A DNA stretch of 63,751 nucleotides. Source: Candidatus Uhrbacteria bacterium RIFOXYB12_FULL_58_10. Its GTDB lineage: Bacteria; Patescibacteriota; Patescibacteriia; UBA9934; GWF2-40-263. The notes below the pieces were generated by a model. That model did no database searches, was not told the origin of the DNA, and saw only the letters and a list, made by a program, of their open reading frames with translations. Both the position numbers and the translations under genes were made by a program. This document shows, piece by piece, positions 45,596-52,993 of the stretch (position 1 is the stretch's first letter; every line of letters begins with the position of its first letter). The stretch is from NCBI GenBank assembly GCA_001791645.1, contig MGFA01000016.1:71548-135298 (forward strand), read 5' to 3'.

Positions 45596-46927
45596 TTATG
45601 TCTCCAGCCATTTGCCAGATTGACGGACGAGTAATTCCGAAGCGCGGAGTGGTTCGGCCATGAGATCCTTTGTCACCTTTTCCATGCGCGCGCTTTGCGA
45701 TCCTTTCACGAGAACGATGTCGCCCTTCCCCACGTTAAAGTCGAGCCACCGACCCGCTTCCATGGCAGCCGCAAACACTTGGATATCAGCCTCATCCATT
45801 CCTGCCTCCAAGGCGCCACGGCGAATATCGCGCGCCTCTTCGCCGACGCACACCAGAAGATCGGCAACCTCTGCGACGCGGATCCCGAGAAGTCGATGCT
45901 CGTCAGCCGAATACTTTCCAAGCTCCGCCATCTTTCCGAGCGCGACAACGCGACGCGCGCCTTCCGGCGGCTCGAACTGGCGCAACACTTCTAACGCGGT
46001 GACCATGGACGCTGGCGCCGCGTTATAGGAATCGTCGAGAAGCAGACAGCCCTTGATTCCAGGAATTGGGCGCATCCGGCCGGGCTGTGGAGCAAGCGCG
46101 GCAAGTCCCGCGACGATCTCGTCGATGGTCAGCCCGAAGTGCTTCCCAACCGCGGCCGCGGCAAGCGCGGAATAGGCCTGTCCGCGACCGAGCAAATTTC
46201 GCAAAACAACCGGCGCGCGCTCGTCGCCGATCACAAGGTCAAAATGAATCGCGCAAAATTCCTCGCCCAAATCGAAAGAACCATCCGGATCCCCAACTCG
46301 CGTTTCAATGCGATACTGCTCCGCGCGCACGTCACACGCCTCCCCAAATCCATATGTCACCGTCTTTGTCACATTTGCGTGTTTGTCGCGCGACAACGTC
46401 TCTTTTGTCGACAGAACATTTGCATCATCTCCGTTCAACACGGCGAGCCCGTTCGGCAAAAGATGCTTCACGATCTCCCCTTTTTCCTCAATCAACCGTT
46501 CGAATGATTCAAAGTATTCGACATGCACCGGCGAAATGGCCGTCAGAACGCCAACGTCCGGACGTGCTAACCGACACAGCTTCTTTATGTCGCCCGGACG
46601 ATCTAAGCCGTATTCGAGGACAAGCATGTTCGGATACGACGAATCACCAAGCAGCCAGGTTCCCTTGGCTTTTAAGAAGACAAGAAGCCAGCCGATCAAG
46701 GACTTGCCCGGGGAGGTTGCCCCAATGATCGTGAGTGGCACACCGAACTCGTTATTATAGTTTTCGATCGGGCTTCGTACGCGAAACTTCGCGCCCAACA
46801 CGGCCGCGATCGCATTTTTTGCCGACGTCTTCCCAACGGACCCCGTTACCGCAACCACCATCGGCTTATGTCGCAAAAGGATTCGACGCGCAAAAAACGC
46901 GAGCAGCCACTGAATCATTCCCTTCAT
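45596..46927 (-). CDS. murF: UDP-N-acetylmuramoyl-tripeptide--D-alanyl-D-alanine ligase
   Basis: VAVTGSVGKTSAKNAIAAVL P-loop and Mur ligase middle and C-terminal domains. The ORF opens at a TTG at 46951 (overlapping the ftsI stop); the first ATG is at 46927. Confidence 0.9.
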   Translation of the reverse strand: MKGMIQWLLAFFARRILLRHKPMVVAVTGSVGKTSAKNAIAAVLGAKFRVRSPIENYNNEFGVPLTIIGATSPGKSLIGWLLVFLKAKGTWLLGDSSYPNMLVLEYGLDRPGDIKKLCRLARPDVGVLTAISPVHVEYFESFERLIEEKGEIVKHLLPNGLAVLNGDDANVLSTKETLSRDKHANVTKTVTYGFGEACDVRAEQYRIETRVGDPDGSFDLGEEFCAIHFDLVIGDERAPVVLRNLLGRGQAYSALAAAAVGKHFGLTIDEIVAGLAALAPQPGRMRPIPGIKGCLLLDDSYNAAPASMVTALEVLRQFEPPEGARRVVALGKMAELGKYSADEHRLLGIRVAEVADLLVCVGEEARDIRRGALEAGMDEADIQVFAAAMEAGRWLDFNVGKGDIVLVKGSQSARMEKVTKDLMAEPLRASELLVRQSGKWLET

Positions 46928-46947
46928 ATGCTCTATGCCCTGACGAT

Positions 46948-48717
46948 TCAATCATTAAACGGCCTTTCGGGCGGAACCTCGAAATACTGTAGCAGGAACT
47001 GCGCGATGTCGCCAAAGAGAGGCGCGGCGGTAGATTCGGCCCATTGGACGTCCCTCGGGTTGTCGATGCGTACCACCATGGCAAACTTTGGACTGCTCAC
47101 GGGCCCGAATCCCGCGAACGACCCGATGGTCTTGCTCGACGAGTACCCCGACCCGTCCGCCACCTGAGCGGTTCCAGTTTTTCCGCCGATATAATACCCC
47201 GGAACGCCCGCCTTCTTACCGTGGCCATTTTCCACAACGGACACGAGCATCGCCCCAAGAAGCCGCGCGGTCTTTGCCTGGATCACGCGCCGGACCTCTT
47301 GCGGGAGACGACTCTCGCGCGATCCGTCCGGATGAACGACGTCCTCAACCACATACGGGCGCATCAATACCCCGTCATTTGCGATCGCCGCATACGCAGC
47401 GGCCATTTGAAGTGGCGTCACCGTAATTCCCTGCCCAAATGACGTCGTGGCCGCATACACCTCCTGGCCAAAATCCAAGGCGGAAATGTCCGCGGCCGCT
47501 TCCGTTTCAAGCTCAATTCCCGTTCGAACGCCGAACCCAAAATTCTTGACGTACTCAACGAACGTATCCATCCCGGTCTGACGCATGGCAAACACCATTC
47601 CCGTGTTAATGGATTCCTCAAGCGCCTTGGTCATATCCGCCACCCCGTACACTTTTCCTTCCGCGTTTCCGATCGGTTTTGGCCAACCGTCGACCATCAC
47701 GTATCCAACGTCCTCGAACGTGGTGGTCGGCGTAATCGCCCCGGTATCAAGCGCGGCGGCAATGGTGATGGTCTTAAAAATGGACCCTGGCTCGTATGAG
47801 CTGAAAATGGTGGGATTGTTAAAGGTATTGATGGAATCCACCTCATGATATGCACCCGGCTCAAAGTCGGGCGCTCCGCACATGGCCAGCACTTTTCCCG
47901 TTTGCGGTTCAAGAACGACGACGCTTCCTCCGTCTGCCCCGTGTTTGGCAACCGCATCATGCAATTTCGTACAGGCATAATACTGGATGGTCCGATCAAG
48001 GGTCAAAACAACGTCCGAGCCGTCTACGGCCGGCTCAATGGACCGGTCTCCGAGCGCAATGAGACGACCCGCGATATCGCGTTCGCTGCGCAAGAATCCT
48101 GGCGTGCCGGTGAGTTCCTCGTTGAAATATCCCTCGACCCCGTATTTTCCCGAAAGCGCGCCGTCCTGTCCGCTCCCAACGAAACCGACCACATGGCCTC
48201 CGAGTCCTAATTCCGGATACAGGCGGCCTTCCTCGCGCAAATAGAAAACGCCGGGAAGTTCAAGCGCGATGAGCTGATCGAGCGCTTCATCCTTCACGTT
48301 GCGCTGGATCGGCTCGTACGGGTCCTCGCGGTCTTTCAACCGCTCCTCGAGCGCGTCGATTTTTTCATCGTCGAATTGGAACAGCTTGCCAAGCGCCTTT
48401 GCCGTGCGGTCCGCATCCTCGATTTTTCTCGGATCCGCGTACACGAACGCGACCTGCTGGACCGTGGCAACGGGGAGAAGGACGTCATCCTTTAAATCAT
48501 GAATCAGGATGTCACCGCGCGACGGAAACAGTTCCTTGAAAATCTCATGCTGGCCGGAGGCAAGCGCCTTGTAAGTGGCATGATCAAGCACCTGGAGCAC
48601 AAACAACTTCAGCGAAATGACCGACGCGAACGCGACCATGCCAAACCGAAACGCCTTCATGCGCCAGTCCGACGCGGAATGCCTGTTCGATTGGTGCCAA
48701 TGCTTTCTTCGACTCAT
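46948..48717 (-). CDS. ftsI: penicillin-binding protein (class B transpeptidase, FtsI/PBP2-like)
   Basis: SxxK (GSIFKT), SxN (ESINTG) and KTG (GKTGTA) motifs with an N-terminal TM anchor. The ATG at 48717 lies 5 nt after the upstream stop; the longer ORF start at 48798 would overlap the upstream gene by 77 nt. Confidence 0.88.
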   Translation of the reverse strand: MSRRKHWHQSNRHSASDWRMKAFRFGMVAFASVISLKLFVLQVLDHATYKALASGQHEIFKELFPSRGDILIHDLKDDVLLPVATVQQVAFVYADPRKIEDADRTAKALGKLFQFDDEKIDALEERLKDREDPYEPIQRNVKDEALDQLIALELPGVFYLREEGRLYPELGLGGHVVGFVGSGQDGALSGKYGVEGYFNEELTGTPGFLRSERDIAGRLIALGDRSIEPAVDGSDVVLTLDRTIQYYACTKLHDAVAKHGADGGSVVVLEPQTGKVLAMCGAPDFEPGAYHEVDSINTFNNPTIFSSYEPGSIFKTITIAAALDTGAITPTTTFEDVGYVMVDGWPKPIGNAEGKVYGVADMTKALEESINTGMVFAMRQTGMDTFVEYVKNFGFGVRTGIELETEAAADISALDFGQEVYAATTSFGQGITVTPLQMAAAYAAIANDGVLMRPYVVEDVVHPDGSRESRLPQEVRRVIQAKTARLLGAMLVSVVENGHGKKAGVPGYYIGGKTGTAQVADGSGYSSSKTIGSFAGFGPVSSPKFAMVVRIDNPRDVQWAESTAAPLFGDIAQFLLQYFEVPPERPFND

Positions 48718-48721
48718 AGCG

Positions 48722-49954
48722 TCATTCCCCAAGTCCAAATCCGAATAAGGTACCTTCTCCCCGCGGATTCTTTCCGCTGAGTACCTCTTCGCCGTCACGT
48801 ATGCCGTCCCCGTCCGTGTCCGCGACGTTCGGATTGGTTCGGTAAAACGCCTCCAGCAGGTTGCTTAGACCGTCATTGTCCGGGTCCGCGCTCGTGGTAA
48901 CGGATTCCGTTGGGAGCCGAGCCACGTCATCGGGAAGAAACTCCATCGAATGCTTTGTTGATGACGAGCTTTCGCCATAAGACCCAAGCGTACGGCCAAG
49001 AACCTCGTAAAATGAGAAGGAAACGCTTGGCGCGACCCACTCGAATGGATCATTGGCACCGGAAAGCTCGACAATCAGGTCAAATGGAACCAGCACGTTT
49101 TCGCCGGCTTGGCCCGTCGCGTCCGGAATGGCGCCAGCCGCCTGAACGCGATAAAGAAGATGGTCGTCGATTCCAATCCAAAAGCGGACGTCTAGTTTCT
49201 CAAGGGCCTTTGCCTGATCCTCGACTTCCAGGCGCTCCGCGGTGGTTGGCTCGCGGTTCTCGCGCGCCCGGATTCCGTCGCGCAAAAACGAACGGAGCGC
49301 ATCCGGATCGAACCGCGCGTCAATGACGCGCGTGGCGTGCGCGGAAATAAGCTCGGTCACGTCGTCGTATGCCACCACGAAGATGTCCGCGCGCGAAAGC
49401 AGATAGCGCAGCCGCGCGATTCCTTCCGGCGTCCAATCGCCTGCCCGCTCCACGTTACCCGCGTCCTGATTGCCAAATGGATCGTCGAGACCCGGAATAA
49501 TCGCACCCCATTGCGGCAATTCGCCGGAAGCGAACGAAACCCACGTATCGCTGTCCGCAAAATCGATTCCATCGACGTCCGGGCCGGGAGGCGCGTACGT
49601 TAAGTGCGAAATGCCGTCGATAGTGCGGATTTCCCCGGAGAGATCCGCGTAATCCTTTGATCGGCTCAGTCGAAACAATCGAAACTTGGTCGCCTGGTCG
49701 ACCCGCGAGGGGTTGGACAGATCGAACTGCCCCGTGGCGTACAGCGTGGTGGTCACGCGCGATTTTCCCTCGCCGCGCGTCCACGAGAACGCCGAGCGCT
49801 CGCGGATCGTTTGCACCTCGCTCATGGCGACCAACATCCGCCGAATCTCGTCTTCCGGACGAAACTTCGACAACACCACGTACGCCGCGATCACGAACGC
49901 CAAAAGACAGGTTACCGAAACCACAATAAACAAAAGTGCCCGTCTGCCATGCAT
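48722..49954 (-). CDS. bitopic membrane protein with a large extracytoplasmic domain and C-terminal calcium-binding-like Asp repeats
   Basis: N-terminal TM (ALLFIVVSVTCLLAFVIAAYVVL). C-terminal DPDNDGLSN and DTDGDGIRDGEE resemble thrombospondin type-3 repeats. Confidence 0.6.
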   Translation of the reverse strand: MHGRRALLFIVVSVTCLLAFVIAAYVVLSKFRPEDEIRRMLVAMSEVQTIRERSAFSWTRGEGKSRVTTTLYATGQFDLSNPSRVDQATKFRLFRLSRSKDYADLSGEIRTIDGISHLTYAPPGPDVDGIDFADSDTWVSFASGELPQWGAIIPGLDDPFGNQDAGNVERAGDWTPEGIARLRYLLSRADIFVVAYDDVTELISAHATRVIDARFDPDALRSFLRDGIRARENREPTTAERLEVEDQAKALEKLDVRFWIGIDDHLLYRVQAAGAIPDATGQAGENVLVPFDLIVELSGANDPFEWVAPSVSFSFYEVLGRTLGSYGESSSSTKHSMEFLPDDVARLPTESVTTSADPDNDGLSNLLEAFYRTNPNVADTDGDGIRDGEEVLSGKNPRGEGTLFGFGLGE

Positions 49955-49975
49955 ACGGACACAGTATACCTTATT

Positions 49976-50422
49976 TTATTCAACCGCGACGATGTCCTCT
50001 TCTCCGACCACGGATCCGACGAACGCGATGGACTCTCCGGTGTTGTCGTTGCGCACCAGACGAATGGTTTCCCCGTCATCGGACTCGTACTCCGTAAACG
50101 TATACCGTTCGTCGGCCTCCACCGGCGTGACGCCTTCCGCGACGCCCACGGTGCCGGCGTCCTCGTAGGAGAACTCGTAGTCCTTTCCTTGAAAGCCAAT
50201 CGTTTCGTTTTCCGGCTCGACCTCTTCGTCGAGCGAACGAAACAGCACGAGCTCCTCATCGTCCGGAGACACCGAAAGCAGGCCGCCCTCGGCGTTAAAC
50301 AGCCAATGCCGGACATCGCCGCCTTCGAGTTCCACGGTCACCTTTCCGGCAAGCGCGAACGGTTCATTGTCAATCATAAGGTCGGCGTGGAGCGGCAGAA
50401 GGAGCAATTGGTCAAGCTTCAT
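49976..50422 (-). CDS. hypothetical acidic protein
   Basis: 148 aa, Glu/Asp-rich, with no recognised motif. Confidence 0.55.
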   Translation of the reverse strand: MKLDQLLLLPLHADLMIDNEPFALAGKVTVELEGGDVRHWLFNAEGGLLSVSPDDEELVLFRSLDEEVEPENETIGFQGKDYEFSYEDAGTVGVAEGVTPVEADERYTFTEYESDDGETIRLVRNDNTGESIAFVGSVVGEEDIVAVE

Positions 50423-50491
50423 AAAAATAGTTTCTATTTCGTCGCGATTATACAGAGTACTCGATAAATAGCCAAGTTTTTCCCAGGACCA

Positions 50492-50520
50492 TTGACAAAA
50501 CTGCCATTTTGTGGTAAATT
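50492..50520 (+). promoter_or_regulatory. sigma70-like promoter with extended -10
   Basis: TTGACA (50492-50497), a 17-nt spacer ending in TGG, then TAAATT (50515-50520). It lies about 85 nt upstream of the ATG at 50606. Confidence 0.5.
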
Positions 50521-50605
50521 TCTTCTCCGATTCGAGGTGTATTTCACCCTCTTGTCGCGCCCGTTTTCGGGCACTCCGTGTCTTTCACCCAAGGAGGCGC
50601 CCATC

Positions 50606-51223
50606 ATGCGCTCTCTTCTTCTGAACGCCGGGGCCCAGGTTCCTGGCGTGGTCAGCAAGTTCGAAGAAATGATCGGGGACAAGTCCCCGATCTACACCAA
50701 GGACCTCCCCCCCACGGAGAACCGCACCGACGCGCTGCGCGTCGAGTGCCACGACCTTCACGATTTCGGGAGCGTCCTCATGGACCTCTCGGAAATCCGG
50801 TGGGAAAGGATGGAGGGCCCGCAGGGCCCATACTGGTTCGGGATGGCAGGAAAGGTGGCCGTCCACCTTGCCGGTGGCCTCGAGCCCACCGAAGGGCTGA
50901 GCCAGGTCAAGGCCCAGCTCCGGGTCAAGTCGGCATACCCGACCAACCGGCCCGTTGGTGCAAAACAGCCGAACGTGTCATACGCGTTCGTGCTGGAGTT
51001 GTCACCGAGCAACGGGGACTTCAACGAAAAACTGGTGGTCGAGAAGTCGTCCACCGGCCCCGAGCACACGCCCCTGCTCGACTCCGGTCGCGAGATCTTC
51101 GCGGCCAACTGGACCTGCGTGAAGCGGGTCCCGGTTGGCTACGAGACTCCGCCGCCCAAGAAGGCCACCGGCCGCGATCAGCGCGGCGGCGGCAACGACA
51201 GCAGCCGCCGCGGCTGGCGGTGA
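50606..51223 (+). CDS. hypothetical protein (205 aa)
   Basis: ATG at 50606 preceded by AAGGAGG 7 nt upstream. Balanced composition, unlike the overlapping Arg-rich frames. Gly/Arg-rich C-terminal tail. Confidence 0.6.
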   Translation: MRSLLLNAGAQVPGVVSKFEEMIGDKSPIYTKDLPPTENRTDALRVECHDLHDFGSVLMDLSEIRWERMEGPQGPYWFGMAGKVAVHLAGGLEPTEGLSQVKAQLRVKSAYPTNRPVGAKQPNVSYAFVLELSPSNGDFNEKLVVEKSSTGPEHTPLLDSGREIFAANWTCVKRVPVGYETPPPKKATGRDQRGGGNDSSRRGWR

Positions 51224-51252
51224 GACACGACGGTCAAGGGGCTCCCCTCTAG

Positions 51253-51310
51253 CCCCCTGGCGTACAGTACCCTCTGAAGGGCACCTGTGCGTCAGGGGGT
51301 ATTGTATTTT
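51253..51310 (+). terminator. strong intrinsic terminator
   Basis: 13-bp stem CCCCCTGGCGTAC / GTGCGTCAGGGGG (two G-U pairs) enclosing a small inner hairpin, followed by TATTGTATTTT. Confidence 0.65.
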
Positions 51311-51318
51311 AAGCTCAG

Positions 51319-51810
51319 CTATCGTTTGTACAAATACAACTTTGGGGCGCCGGGGAGCTCGTCTGTGCGATCGGGCTCCCAGCCCGGGATGGGCCAGACG
51401 TAGGTGACCACGCGCGCGCCGGGTTTCAGTTCCGCCTCGAGCTTCGGGCGGATTTTTTCGTAGGTGTCGGGCATGAGGAACATGTAGAGCGCGTCCACGT
51501 CGTGCAGCTTGTAGTTGAAGGCGTTGGCGAACACGAAGCGAACGTTTTTCGAGCGCGACAGGACGCGGCGCGCCTGCGCGGCGAGATACTGGACGAGCGA
51601 AAGCTCGACCCCGGTCCCCTGCCCGACGGCGCACGTCACGCGCCCGTCGCCGCAGCCAAGCTCGACGAACGTTTCGCCCGGCTGCAAATCCAACAGCTTC
51701 TTCGCGCGGGCGATGTCCCGCTTCCACGTCGGCACCCACGGCGCGCCCGAAAGCGTGGCGTAGGCCATGGAGAACAGGAGGAGAAAGACGGGGATGAGGA
51801 GCCAGTTCAT
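51319..51810 (-). CDS. class I SAM-dependent methyltransferase with an N-terminal TM helix
   Basis: Motif I FVELGCGDGRV. ATG at 51810 (MNWLLIPVFLLLFSMAYA...); the ORF opens at a GTG at 51828. Confidence 0.72.
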   Translation of the reverse strand: MNWLLIPVFLLLFSMAYATLSGAPWVPTWKRDIARAKKLLDLQPGETFVELGCGDGRVTCAVGQGTGVELSLVQYLAAQARRVLSRSKNVRFVFANAFNYKLHDVDALYMFLMPDTYEKIRPKLEAELKPGARVVTYVWPIPGWEPDRTDELPGAPKLYLYKR

Positions 51811-51888
51811 ACGGCGGTATTCTACCACGCGTTTCCCAAACCTCCCCTACCCCCTCCTTGGCAGGAGGGGAAACAAAAAAGCCGAACC

Positions 51889-52956
51889 CTAGTCCGGCGA
51901 GATGGCCTTGAGGAACGCCTCCTCGAGCGGCCCGTAGTCCTGCGTTCGGTTGAACGCCTCGAGCGCGTCCACGAGCGGCTCGTCGCCCGGTCGGACGAAC
52001 GACCCGCCCTCCACCGCGAGGCCCTCGTCGGAGAGTCCAACGAAAATCGGCAGGTCGCGACCCTTGCCGTGCAGCACCGCGCGCGCGGTGTCGACGAGCC
52101 TGGGCGGCGTCCACGTGCCACGCTTGAGCTCCTGCTCGAGCGTCGTGCCGCGTGCGGCGTAGGTGGGGTTGAGGTGCAAGTTCAGCCGCGCGTCCGGCAC
52201 CGTCCTCTGGAGGTCAGCCAGGTACTCGATCGCGGCCTGCACGTCGCGCACGGCCTCGTCGTCATCCATGTCCGCGATCGACTTCTGGAGGAAGTACCCC
52301 TTCACCCGGAATCCCTTTGCGGTCGACCGAGCCACGAGCTGCTCGAACTTCGCGAGCGCGAGGCCCTTGAGCAGATCCCGGTTGCGGACGCGCTCGTTGA
52401 ACGCCTCGAACCCGACCGCGATCTCCAGCACCGTCGGCGTGTCGCCCTCCGCGATGGCACGTGCCAGGAACTCGAGCTCCGCGTCGTCCACGTAGTCCAC
52501 GCGCGTCTCGAGGGTCAGTACCTCGAGGTTCGGCAGCAGCAGGTTGCAGCGGGCCACCAGGTACATGAGCGCGGTCGACGAGAAGGTCAGCTCGTCGAGC
52601 ATCGACCCCTGGTTGGAGAGAATCACCTTGCGGATCTCGCCGAGCTTCCCGGCCACGTCCGGCTGCGCGAACACGTGGTCGATCTGCGCCATGATGGCCT
52701 TGTACCCCACGTGCCGGAGCGACGAGGTCGACGGCAGCGTGCAGAACTTGCAACGCGACCAGCGACAGGCCTGCGTGTAGAAGAGCACGAACAGGACGAG
52801 CCCTTCCGGCGAACGCTGGAAGAAGCAGCCGATGGGCAGGTTCGGGTCGTGGTCGTTGTCGAACTCGTACGTCTTCCCACCCGCGCGGGTCGCCGCCTGG
52901 ATCAGTCGTTCTGTGCGTTGATTGGCATCCACGTGCGTATCCTCCTCTAATCCCAT
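51889..52956 (-). CDS. radical-SAM-like (Elp3-type TIM barrel) protein with a CX4CX2C cluster
   Basis: FYTQACRWSRCKFCTLPS, then VILSNQGSMLDE, LTLETRVDYV and EIAVGFEAFNERVRNRDLLKG follow the order of radical-SAM core motifs. Confidence 0.65.
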   Translation of the reverse strand: MGLEEDTHVDANQRTERLIQAATRAGGKTYEFDNDHDPNLPIGCFFQRSPEGLVLFVLFYTQACRWSRCKFCTLPSTSSLRHVGYKAIMAQIDHVFAQPDVAGKLGEIRKVILSNQGSMLDELTFSSTALMYLVARCNLLLPNLEVLTLETRVDYVDDAELEFLARAIAEGDTPTVLEIAVGFEAFNERVRNRDLLKGLALAKFEQLVARSTAKGFRVKGYFLQKSIADMDDDEAVRDVQAAIEYLADLQRTVPDARLNLHLNPTYAARGTTLEQELKRGTWTPPRLVDTARAVLHGKGRDLPIFVGLSDEGLAVEGGSFVRPGDEPLVDALEAFNRTQDYGPLEEAFLKAISPD

Positions 52957-52993
52957 GAGCCAACCTCATGGTCTCGGAGAAAGAGGGATCCAG

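Noticed and set aside
51002-52114. 370-aa minus-strand ORF and similar alternative-frame ORFs (54375-55490, 57941-58837, 60183-61169, 62709-63551)
   Set aside because: They are Arg/Gly/Pro-dominated translations in the wrong frame of real genes on the same strand, as expected at about 70% GC.
51502-52950. 482-aa plus-strand ORF; also 56597-58021 (474 aa) and 59681-61276 (531 aa)
   Set aside because: All are high-GC antisense shadows of the methyltransferase/radical-SAM, binding-protein and OmpA-fusion genes. Their composition is low-complexity and Arg/Gly-rich.
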